From: Minisyncoccota bacterium
GTDB lineage: Bacteria > Patescibacteriota > Minisyncoccia > Phycocordibacterales > Phycocordibacteraceae
DNA: 64,000 nucleotides
Reading direction: 5' to 3'
Assembly: GCA_041664265.1 (NCBI GenBank)
Contig: JBAYLD010000004.1
Location: forward strand, 33,470 to 97,469
Made by a program: the position numbers and the translations under genes. The notes below the pieces were generated by a model. The model saw nothing but the letters and a program-made list of their open reading frames with translations. It was not told the DNA's origin and did not search any database. Of the stretch, positions 8,033-16,515 are shown piece by piece. Position 1 is the stretch's first letter. Every line of letters starts with the position of its first letter.

Positions 8033-10909
8033 TTACGGTGTGGTGGTGTGACGCGTGTCCATCCCCGCGAGAGGCACGGTGACATAGAAGGTTGTACCGT
8101 TTTGCTCCGCAGAATCTCTTGAGGCACCGAACGCTCGCGGCGACGGCGACTCGCACCATATCCGTCCGTGGTATTGGTCGACGGCCGCCTTTGCTATATA
8201 GAGCCCCAGACCGGTGCCCTTCACCTTGTCGTCAGTTTGGACCCGGAACAGTTTTTCGAATATTTTTTTCTGCTGATCTTTTGGTATGCCGTTGCCGGTG
8301 TCGGATACCGCGATCAGGGCGTCGCGCCCCTTCTTCTTGATCTCGATGAGGAGGGTACCTCGATCGGGGCTGTATTTTATAGCATTGGAGATCAGGTTCT
8401 CAAGAATAATCTCCATGAGCCGCCGGTCGATCTCAATGTCGGGGATATCCTCGTAGAGCTTTTTGACCCGGATTTCTTTTTCTTTCAGGGCAATACCCAC
8501 ATCTTCTAGCATCTTGTCCGAGAACTTTGTCAGGTTCACCGGCTCGAGGTTGATAACCAGCGTCCCCATCTGGATCCTCGAGATGTTCAACAAGGTCTCG
8601 ATGATGTCGGTCATATCCTTGATTCCTTTAAAGGCTATTTTCAGGTACTTCTTCTGTTCTCTAGTCAGCAGATCGTTCACATGGTGGAGTAGCATGTCGA
8701 TAGAGAGGCTAATACTCGTCAGGGGCGTCCGCAGCTGGTGGGAGGCGAAGGAGATGAATTCATTTTTTGCCTTATCAACTTCTCGCTCATGCGTGATATC
8801 TCTCCATGCGACAACCGCTCCCATGACTTCGCCATCGACGACAAAGGGCGCGGCGCTGATCGAGAGAGGGACCTTGCGCCTATCCTTTTTATTGACGAGG
8901 TGGAATGTGGTGGCGGTCGATATCGGCAAGGTCTTCTGCACTTCTGGATCGAGCGCGAGATAGATGGGCCGCTTCTCTTTTGGCACCCGCTGCCCCCGGT
9001 CATCGAAAAACGGAATCGATTCATCCAAATCCCGATGCAGGATTTCTTTTGCATCCATCCCGCACAATTTTTCGAGTGCGCTGTTTATGTATATTATTTT
9101 TCCCGACATGTCGGTCACGAGGATACCGTCAGCGATACTCAAGAGGAGCGCATCATCGCGCGCCTTCCCCTCGGCCATGCGATCTGCATATTCTTGTACC
9201 TGGTGTTCGGATTCTTTTTGTTTGCTGATGTCCCTGACGATCGAGGTATAAAACCGTTCCCGTCCGAACTTCCACGAAGACGAAGACACCTCCATCGGGA
9301 ATTCTTCGCCGTTCTTCCGCAGGCCGCGCATCTCGAGCGGCCCGCTCTCTTTGGCCAGCGGGGCGTCTTTCCCAGCCGCTTGGTTTTCTACCCCCAGGAC
9401 GAACGGCTTGCCTAGAACCTCCTTTTCGTCATACCCAAAAATGCGTTTCGCACTTTTATTCCAATATACGACGCGCCCCGCGCTATCGAACGTAATGAGC
9501 GCGTTTCGTATCGAGTCCGCCACCGAACGGAATTTTTGCTCATTTTCCTTCAACTCGCTCAGGGCTCGCTGGTTCTGGAGGGCGAGCGAAGCCATGTGCC
9601 CGAACGCGCTCGCGATCCGCTTGTCGTCCTCGGTAAAGCCGCCCGGCTTGCTCACGAATGCGAAAAATCCTGCAGGGAGGCCGTTGAGCAGTATCGGCAC
9701 GAGGAGGGCGCTCTGTATGACAATGCGGTTCCGGAACGGGTTGGCGCCCTGGTTCTCTAGGGTGAAGAAGAAATCGTTGTCGAGCACCGTTTTCCCTGTC
9801 CTGCACATTTTTTTCATGGCGCTTTTCATGGGGGCGGATTGTGTCACGTCGGCAACGCATTTCTGCAGCAAGGAATCGCAATACACGATTTCTGCCTGCT
9901 CATCTTCTCTGCCCTGCAAAACGGCGTAGCAGGATTCTGCGCCGATAGTTTTTTTGCACGCGTCGGCTATCGCTTCTGCCGAGTCTTTAAACTCGGTGTG
10001 CTTCAGAGCTTCTTGCGCGCTTCGGGAGAGGGAAGCCGTCTCTGATTCGTGCATCTCAGAATCTTCGAGAGCCTCCTGCAGATCCTCTTCTTTCTCCTTA
10101 ACGCTTTGGAGCAGTTGCTTATACGGATCCTTGAAGCTGATCGTCGCTACCGCCTGATAGAAGAAATAAAAAGAGACAACGCCCAGGGAATTCCCGATCA
10201 GATTAGAGAGATCATTCGCGCCCGCATACCACACGAAGAAGGCGGCCGAGGCGATACCGGTCGCCACCGATGAACACAAGAGATAGAATATTTTCTTCTC
10301 AAAGGCGGGGCGTCTCCATATCAAGAGCAGCAGCGAGAGAAGAAGTGCGAGGGAGACGGTGATGCCGCTCGCCCGGGTAAACGCGGTCTGCCCAACACCT
10401 TCGATATAGGAGACCGGAAATGCGTTCCAATAAAATATCGAGAACAACAAGAGGAACGTGGCGATCGCATAGGCGAGCAAGACCATGTCCACTTTTATCC
10501 TTTTGCCGATGAAGAACGGGGCCGCAACAAACGCGCTCGCCTGGAGATATTGCGTGGCGACCCAGAGCTGGGTCGCCACGTTGGTCTCGGTACTTTCGGA
10601 AGAGACGTTCATGCCTCCATAGGACAACAAATGGAGCAAGCTGGTGAAGGCGGTCGCGATAACTGAAATGCCGATAAACAGCACGTACTCGTTATTCAAA
10701 TAATCTCGGGCATTCAGAGTGATGACGAAGATGAGCACCATCAGCACGATACCGGAGAGCTCGGTCAAGTTGTGGAGCGAGAGGCGGTTATCAAGGCCGA
10801 CCAAGTAGAGCACCGCGAGCGCCAGCGCGCCGACGGCGGTATAGCGGTAGATGTCCGCAGGTATCGCTCTGGCTTGGAGAAGCACCTGTTCTCGGATGCT
10901 CAATAGCAT
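8033..10909 (-). CDS. Sensor histidine kinase with multiple TM, PAS and GAF domains
   Basis: H-box SHQLRTPL, HATPase GTGLGLYIAK, roughly 8 N-terminal TM helices and PAS repeats. Confidence 0.85.
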   Translation of the reverse strand: MLLSIREQVLLQARAIPADIYRYTAVGALALAVLYLVGLDNRLSLHNLTELSGIVLMVLIFVITLNARDYLNNEYVLFIGISVIATAFTSLLHLLSYGGMNVSSESTETNVATQLWVATQYLQASAFVAAPFFIGKRIKVDMVLLAYAIATFLLLFSIFYWNAFPVSYIEGVGQTAFTRASGITVSLALLLSLLLLIWRRPAFEKKIFYLLCSSVATGIASAAFFVWYAGANDLSNLIGNSLGVVSFYFFYQAVATISFKDPYKQLLQSVKEKEEDLQEALEDSEMHESETASLSRSAQEALKHTEFKDSAEAIADACKKTIGAESCYAVLQGREDEQAEIVYCDSLLQKCVADVTQSAPMKSAMKKMCRTGKTVLDNDFFFTLENQGANPFRNRIVIQSALLVPILLNGLPAGFFAFVSKPGGFTEDDKRIASAFGHMASLALQNQRALSELKENEQKFRSVADSIRNALITFDSAGRVVYWNKSAKRIFGYDEKEVLGKPFVLGVENQAAGKDAPLAKESGPLEMRGLRKNGEEFPMEVSSSSWKFGRERFYTSIVRDISKQKESEHQVQEYADRMAEGKARDDALLLSIADGILVTDMSGKIIYINSALEKLCGMDAKEILHRDLDESIPFFDDRGQRVPKEKRPIYLALDPEVQKTLPISTATTFHLVNKKDRRKVPLSISAAPFVVDGEVMGAVVAWRDITHEREVDKAKNEFISFASHQLRTPLTSISLSIDMLLHHVNDLLTREQKKYLKIAFKGIKDMTDIIETLLNISRIQMGTLVINLEPVNLTKFSDKMLEDVGIALKEKEIRVKKLYEDIPDIEIDRRLMEIILENLISNAIKYSPDRGTLLIEIKKKGRDALIAVSDTGNGIPKDQQKKIFEKLFRVQTDDKVKGTGLGLYIAKAAVDQYHGRIWCESPSPRAFGASRDSAEQNGTTFYVTVPLAGMDTRHTTTP

Positions 10910-11055
10910 GTCGTCATTATGGATTCTCTGCAGGGAAACAGCAAATTATTTTAGCACCCATTTCTTAATGAAAGGTTAATAAGAGTTCCTCTATTATCTG
11001 CCCAGTCAGTTGTGCGGGCGATTAAGATTAAAAATAAACATTAGAATCAACTATT

Positions 11056-14000
11056 ATGAAAAAGATATATATAACCACGCTCTCGATTGTGACGGCGCTA
11101 TCGCTGTCGCTCTCGCTCGTGCCTGCGGGCATCGCCCACGCGGCGTTGCAAGCAGTTTCCAGAGATGCTCTTGGGGCCGTATCAGTAAGCACGGCTACTG
11201 GATTCCCGGTCTGGTATCAAGACGTCACCGGAACTGCCTTGCAGCAGTGTCTCGGCCTTAACGCCGATGGAACGGGCGCGGCAGATCCGAAATGTATTTT
11301 GCCTACCGCGAATCCTATTCCGGACATTAACGCCAATCCAGCAGGGTTCCCCGACGAATCGTTCTATTCTTTCGCCGAGGCACCCTTGACCATTAACGGG
11401 AATGCCGGACGTTTCCGCTTGCTTACAGAAGCGGCTTTCGTGAATCTTATTCCCGTTAACGGCGAGCAGCTCACTTTTACTCGAGCTAGCTTGTTTACAA
11501 GTCAGCAAGGAGCATTCCCGGCGAACTCAACCTTCCATGTTGAATACCCATTCGGCGCATTCGACTTTTCGACTGATGCGCTCGGGGACTTTGTCTCCAT
11601 TCCTGGCTCAGGTCCATTCGGTGCAAACGCTAAAGAAATGCGCGCAGAAGACGGTCCTGGTGCTGCGGGTGACTTCGTGACACTCTTAGCGGGAGCCAAC
11701 ACGGGTATCACGACCTTCCTCAGATCAACGACAGCCCCTGTGGGTTATCTTGGTGACGCGGTTACCGAGACTCCGGTGACCGGTGGTACGAATGGCAATA
11801 TTGTCACCATCACTCAAACAGCTGGCGTCGGACCGTTCGTAGTTACGGGCGGTACCAATTGGGTAGTCGCCGGAAAGATCGCGGTGATAGATACCATCGC
11901 TCCGGTGATTACTGCAGCTCCGATGTCCGCAGCGCTCGGCACCGCGAACGCGGTTGCCAGCGTCGGCATTACCGACAACTTGTTTGTCGGCAGTGCAACT
12001 ATCGATCTCGGTGCATTGAGCAACAACTTCTCTGCCACCTTGAACGGCGCACAAGAAGTGCCCGCGACAGTTTCAGGAGCAACAGGATCAGGAACGTTTA
12101 CCATCGACACGGCAGCCAATACCTTGTCGTTCAACATCACGTCAAACGTAACGGGTGTTACGGGTATGCACATCCACGGTTCTGATATTCCTCCAAACGG
12201 AGCGGCAGGCCAAAATGCCGCAATCGCTTTTGACCTCGGCACGGCACTTCCAGCAGTAGGGACGTGGACCTATCCGGAAGCGATGGAGGCCGAGATCTTG
12301 GCGGGCAGGACGTATGTCAACATTCACACGACCTTGTTCCCCAACGGAATAATCCGCGGGCAGATCCTGCCTACGACAGATATCCAGCCTCTCACATTGA
12401 CCGCTGGCGTTAACACCAACGGTACCTGGGGTGTCGTTCTTCCTGCCTTAAACAGGTTGGGCACATTCAACTTGCCTATTGCCGTATCTGATGGCAGCAA
12501 CACGGCAACAAGCAATCTGGTTCTGACCGTCAACACGCTCGCGAGCGTGAGTGTCGCTCCGGCGACCGCGACGATTGTCGGCGCGGGAACCCAGCAGCTC
12601 ACGGCTTCGCCTTTGGACAACAACGGCACAGCCTTTGTCGGTGCGACCGTCACCTGGGCTTCAAACAACACTGCAGTCGCCACGGTTGACGCGAACGGTC
12701 TCGTGACCGGTGTCTTGAGCCAGACTCCCGGCACCGCGACCATCACCGCCACGGCAGTGAGCGGCGCGACAAGCGTTACCGGTTCGTCGGTCATATCGGT
12801 GTCTCCAGGGCTTCCGGTCTTGACGGGAGTCGCTGTGACCCCGAGTCCGGCTTCGATAGTGGTGAACGCGGCGGCCCCAGCGGGTACGACCTTACAGCTC
12901 TCGGCAGCCCCGGTAGACCAGTTCGGCGTGCCGTTTGTCGGCACGACGGTTACGTGGGCATCGAGCGACTCGCTCGTCGCCACTGTTGACGCGAACGGAT
13001 TGGTCACCTCGGTTATCCCGGGCGTCGCAACTATCACCGCGACCGCTTCAGACGGGGCACTTGTCCCGACGGTAGTCACCGGGACCTCAGTGGTAACGAT
13101 CACCACAGCACCGCAGGTGTTTACCTCGGTGAGCGTTACTCCGGCGACCGCAACGATAACCTCTGGCACGCAACAATTGACGGCCACAGGGATTGATCAG
13201 TTCGGTGGACCAATGGCGACACAGCCAGCGTTCACCTGGGCTTCGAGCAATCCTGCAGTCGCGACAGTTGATGCGACGGGCCTGGTTACTGCGGTTGGAG
13301 CTGGTTCCGCTACGATTACCGCAACCAGCGGTGCGTTGAACGGCACCTCGGTCATTACCGTTACAGCAGTCACGACCACGGACACGATTACTCCCGCGAC
13401 AGCTTCAGTTGTTCTTAACGCGACCACGCAGTTATCTGCTTCAACCCTCGATCAATTCGGCGCGGTTATTACTCCTGCTCCGGCGATTGTCTGGACATCG
13501 AGCAATCCGCTCGTTGCCACGGTTGATGCTAACGGCTTGGTCACGGGCGTTGCGCTCGGCACTGCTAATATCAACGCGGCCTCAGGCGCGCTCATCAGCG
13601 CCTCGGCGACAGTCACCGTCGTGGCCGTCCCGCAGGTGTTGACCAGCGTTGCGGTTACGCCGGCTACGGCCTCGATCATTACCGGCGCGACTCAGCAGTT
13701 CACTGCATCGGCGTTGGATCAATTCGGCTCGCCGATGATCCCTCAGCCGGTGTTCACCTGGACGTCGAGCGATGCAGCAATCGCGACGGTCAATGCCTCT
13801 GGCATGGCAACGGGTGTGATCCCGGGCGCGGTGACTATCACCGCGACCAACGGCGCATTCTCTGGGACGGCAGCTCTTACTGTCACGTTGTCTCCGGCAG
13901 TCCTCACGAGCGTTTCGGTCACTCCTGCCACGGCCTCGGTCTTGGTCGGTGCGACACAACAGCTCACAGCGGCACTCTTGGATCAGCGGAACGATCCGTT

Positions 14001-15180
14001 CACGAGCGTTGCGTCGACTACCTGGGTTTCGAGCAATCCGCTCATCGCCACGGTTGACGCGAACGGCTTGGTAACGGGTGTTGCCGTCGGTACGGCCACC
14101 ATCACGGCGACGAATGGCGCGGTGAGTGGTCAAGTGGCAGTGACGGTTCCTTCGGTGCTTCTCGCAGCGGAGATCCAGGCTACGATCGGTGGCGGCGGTG
14201 GCGGCATCTTCACGCTCCCCGCACTCACGCCGGCAACATCGACTCCTTCGGTGACGCTTGCTCTTCCGCTTAAGATCGATATGCCTTCTTCGGATGGAAC
14301 CAGCACCAGCACGGTGTCCATGCCTTCAGGCACGGTGATCACCAAGGTGGACGGCACCAATCTTGACGCCACGACGCTGTCGGCGAGCGCTGCCGCGGCG
14401 GCCTCCTTGTCGAACTTGGGCGATGTCGTCGTCAACGGTTCGGTCCAGTGGGGCATCCCGAATATCGGTTTGCAATTCAGCCAGCCGATCAGCTTGAGCA
14501 TCTTTGTCGGTACCGGCCTAAACGGCCAGGTGGTTGACATACGGCGCTCGGTAGACGGCACGTCCGACTGGACGAGCGACGGCATCGTGACGGCCACGTC
14601 AACGGTCGCCAACGGCTTCGCCAACTTCCAGGCGACGAAGGCTTCGTTCTTCGCAGCAACGACTCCGGCGCCCGCACCAGCCCCAGCTAGCTCGGGCGGC
14701 GGTGGACGTCGCGGCGGCGGAGGTTCGATCTCGTTTGCCTCCCCGACAGCTTCTTCTCCTATCGCGCAGGCAACTCCGACAGCCCCCGCACAAGGCCAGG
14801 TGCTCGGTGCAGCAGTCTTCATCTTCACCAAGAACCTCTCGGTTGGTATGCACGAAGCAGAGGTGACCGAGCTCCAGAAGTTCCTCATCGATAACGGCTT
14901 CTCGATTCCTGCAGGCGCGACCGGCTTCTTCGGCGCGCAGACAAAAGCGGCGGTCATCAAGTTCCAAAAGGATCACGGTGTGATCCAGACCGGATTCTTC
15001 GGCCCCTTGACTCGGGGTGAGGCCAATCGCGGCAGGGGATCTGGCTCATCGGGTTCGTCCGGCTCCGGGCGGAGCTCCGGCCTGAGCTCTGCACAAGTCG
15101 ATTCCATCATCGCGGTGCTCCAATCCTTCGGTGCGGATCAATCGACGGTCACCCAGGTTCGCCTGGCGCTCGGGAAATAA
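11056..15180 (+). CDS. Giant secreted surface protein. It has a signal peptide, a CHRD domain, about 8 tandem Big_2 Ig-like repeats, a PG_binding_1 domain and a C-terminal tail motif.
   Basis: Repeating unit of the form VSVTPATATI..GTQQLTA..LDQFG..WASSN.AVATVDANGLVT. The CHRD-like block reads LNGAQEVP...HIHGSDIP...YVNIHT..FPNGIIRGQI. PG-binding motif LSVGMHEAEVTELQKFL. Confidence 0.85.
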   Translation: MKKIYITTLSIVTALSLSLSLVPAGIAHAALQAVSRDALGAVSVSTATGFPVWYQDVTGTALQQCLGLNADGTGAADPKCILPTANPIPDINANPAGFPDESFYSFAEAPLTINGNAGRFRLLTEAAFVNLIPVNGEQLTFTRASLFTSQQGAFPANSTFHVEYPFGAFDFSTDALGDFVSIPGSGPFGANAKEMRAEDGPGAAGDFVTLLAGANTGITTFLRSTTAPVGYLGDAVTETPVTGGTNGNIVTITQTAGVGPFVVTGGTNWVVAGKIAVIDTIAPVITAAPMSAALGTANAVASVGITDNLFVGSATIDLGALSNNFSATLNGAQEVPATVSGATGSGTFTIDTAANTLSFNITSNVTGVTGMHIHGSDIPPNGAAGQNAAIAFDLGTALPAVGTWTYPEAMEAEILAGRTYVNIHTTLFPNGIIRGQILPTTDIQPLTLTAGVNTNGTWGVVLPALNRLGTFNLPIAVSDGSNTATSNLVLTVNTLASVSVAPATATIVGAGTQQLTASPLDNNGTAFVGATVTWASNNTAVATVDANGLVTGVLSQTPGTATITATAVSGATSVTGSSVISVSPGLPVLTGVAVTPSPASIVVNAAAPAGTTLQLSAAPVDQFGVPFVGTTVTWASSDSLVATVDANGLVTSVIPGVATITATASDGALVPTVVTGTSVVTITTAPQVFTSVSVTPATATITSGTQQLTATGIDQFGGPMATQPAFTWASSNPAVATVDATGLVTAVGAGSATITATSGALNGTSVITVTAVTTTDTITPATASVVLNATTQLSASTLDQFGAVITPAPAIVWTSSNPLVATVDANGLVTGVALGTANINAASGALISASATVTVVAVPQVLTSVAVTPATASIITGATQQFTASALDQFGSPMIPQPVFTWTSSDAAIATVNASGMATGVIPGAVTITATNGAFSGTAALTVTLSPAVLTSVSVTPATASVLVGATQQLTAALLDQRNDPFTSVASTTWVSSNPLIATVDANGLVTGVAVGTATITATNGAVSGQVAVTVPSVLLAAEIQATIGGGGGGIFTLPALTPATSTPSVTLALPLKIDMPSSDGTSTSTVSMPSGTVITKVDGTNLDATTLSASAAAAASLSNLGDVVVNGSVQWGIPNIGLQFSQPISLSIFVGTGLNGQVVDIRRSVDGTSDWTSDGIVTATSTVANGFANFQATKASFFAATTPAPAPAPASSGGGGRRGGGGSISFASPTASSPIAQATPTAPAQGQVLGAAVFIFTKNLSVGMHEAEVTELQKFLIDNGFSIPAGATGFFGAQTKAAVIKFQKDHGVIQTGFFGPLTRGEANRGRGSGSSGSSGSGRSSGLSSAQVDSIIAVLQSFGADQSTVTQVRLALGK

Positions 15181-15200
15181 AATAAAAAAACACATCCCGT

Positions 15201-15232
15201 ACGAACAACCCCGCTTCAGGCGGGGTTGTTCG
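15201..15232 (+). terminator. Rho-independent-type hairpin acgaacaaccccgc-ttcag-gcggggttgttcgt
   Basis: A 13-14 bp GC-rich stem lies 20 nt after the stop of the giant gene. Confidence 0.6.
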
Positions 15233-15250
15233 TGATATCGTTATGAGTAC

Positions 15251-16228
15251 ATGCGCAAGCCGATCCTGCATCATCTCCACGACTACTTCTTCCCGCATCC
15301 GCGCAACAATCACTGTCCGCATCTCTTCAGTACCGCATCCCTCGCGGTGCTCGCGATCGCGATTGTCATCTTTGAAGCAGGGTATCTGGTGCAGACAAAG
15401 ATCGTCTTCTTAAGGACCGACTTCCTCGCGTCAGTCTTGCCGGGGGCGCTCGTCGCGCTTACCAACCAAGATCGCGCGACGCTCGGCGTGGCGGGCGTTG
15501 CCGAGGATCCGCTCTTGAATAAGGCGGCCGCGGCGGCCGCGGCCGACATGGCGGCCAATGGATACTTCGCGCATGTCTCGCCTGGGGGTAAGGAGCCATG
15601 GTACTGGCTCGACTCCGTGGGCTATCGGTATTCCTATGCGGGGCAGAATCTCGCCGTGAACTTCACCGACTCTGAGAATGTCGAGACGGCGTGGATGGCG
15701 TCGCCGACGCATCGCGCGAACATCGAGAAGCCGCAGTATACGCGGGTTGGTATCGGCACGGCACATGGCGTGTACGAGGGGAGAGAGACGACTTTTGTCG
15801 TCGCCTTTTTCGCGACTCCCGCGTCAGCAGAGGCACACGTTGCCTCTGTGGAGGTTAAACCTCCACAAAATATCTCCACGAACGTGAGGGACGTTAGTCG
15901 TCCCTTAGCGACTACGTCCGTCCAGGTGCTCGGTACTGAGATCGTAGATACTGACGCAGGAAGTGCGGCAGTAGATGCTGACTCGGTGCCGCCAAAGGCG
16001 CCGCCGAGCCGGCTCGCTCGTATGCTCGCGTCGCCCTCTACAATGCTTCAGGTGATACTCACCGCCCTTTTTGCTCTCGTTGCGGTTTCGTTTATCGTCG
16101 TTATGTTTGTGCGGGGGAAGGATCACCACCCGCGCGTGGCTCTCGGCGCGGCGCTCCTCTGTCTGCTCATCTCTGGCGCGCTTATCGTGAGCGCCTTGGC
16201 CGCCGGACCCGTGTTACTCCTCGTTTAA
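15251..16228 (+). CDS. CAP/SCP/PR1-like (YkwD-type) domain protein with N- and C-terminal TM segments
   Basis: YAGQNLA..W..SPTHRANI...YTRVGIG signature of CAP domains. Confidence 0.65.
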   Translation: MRKPILHHLHDYFFPHPRNNHCPHLFSTASLAVLAIAIVIFEAGYLVQTKIVFLRTDFLASVLPGALVALTNQDRATLGVAGVAEDPLLNKAAAAAAADMAANGYFAHVSPGGKEPWYWLDSVGYRYSYAGQNLAVNFTDSENVETAWMASPTHRANIEKPQYTRVGIGTAHGVYEGRETTFVVAFFATPASAEAHVASVEVKPPQNISTNVRDVSRPLATTSVQVLGTEIVDTDAGSAAVDADSVPPKAPPSRLARMLASPSTMLQVILTALFALVAVSFIVVMFVRGKDHHPRVALGAALLCLLISGALIVSALAAGPVLLLV

Positions 16229-16238
16229 AACGCCCATG

Positions 16239-16294
16239 TTAGGACATCCGATGTCCTAAATTCAAAATGCATGTTGGGACATCGGATGTCCGAA
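16239..16294. repeat. Tandem direct repeat made of two hairpins: ttaggacat-ccg-atgtcctaa and ttgggacat-cgg-atgtccgaa. The same element recurs at 46916..46960.
   Basis: Each unit is CATGTTRGGACATCSGATGTCC. The second hairpin is close to the reverse complement of the first. Confidence 0.8.
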
Positions 16295-16297
16295 ATG

Positions 16298-16390
16298 CTA
16301 GAACCCGCCGGTAACGAGGCCAGGCAAGAGCGTCCCGATTAGGGCGAGGGCGAGCAGCACGACGACGATGATGGCAAATGCGCGTTTCAT
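16298..16390 (-). CDS. Possible 30-aa hydrophobic micro-protein MKRAFAIIVVVLLALALIGTLLPGLVTGGF
   Basis: ATG at 16390 to TAG at 16298. It forms a single TM helix. It is below the ORF-track size cut-off and is flanked by hairpins. Confidence 0.25.
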   Translation of the reverse strand: MKRAFAIIVVVLLALALIGTLLPGLVTGGF

Positions 16391-16433
16391 CGCCCGATCA
16401 TACCAAATCATTTTTGCTCCCACAATGCGTTTC

Positions 16434-16458
16434 TTGATGGACACTCCGTGTCCATCAA
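16434..16458. repeat. Hairpin ttgatggacac-tcc-gtgtccatcaa (11-bp stem) upstream of the lipase-like gene. It has the same GGACA..TGTCC core as the 16239 element.
   Basis: Perfect inverted repeat read directly from the sequence. Confidence 0.6.
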
Positions 16459-16515
16459 ATTAATGAAGTGTTCATAAAGCATTTGTTGCGCTTGCAGGGG
16501 CGGTATAGTGGAGCC

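Noticed and set aside
11182-14976. Many antisense or alternative-frame ORFs inside the giant surface-protein gene (for example 12324..13187-, 13582..14133-, 14130..14960-)
   Set aside because: They lie within a long, confidently coding, repeat-rich and GC-rich gene. Open antisense frames are expected at this GC and repeat content. None has recognisable motifs.
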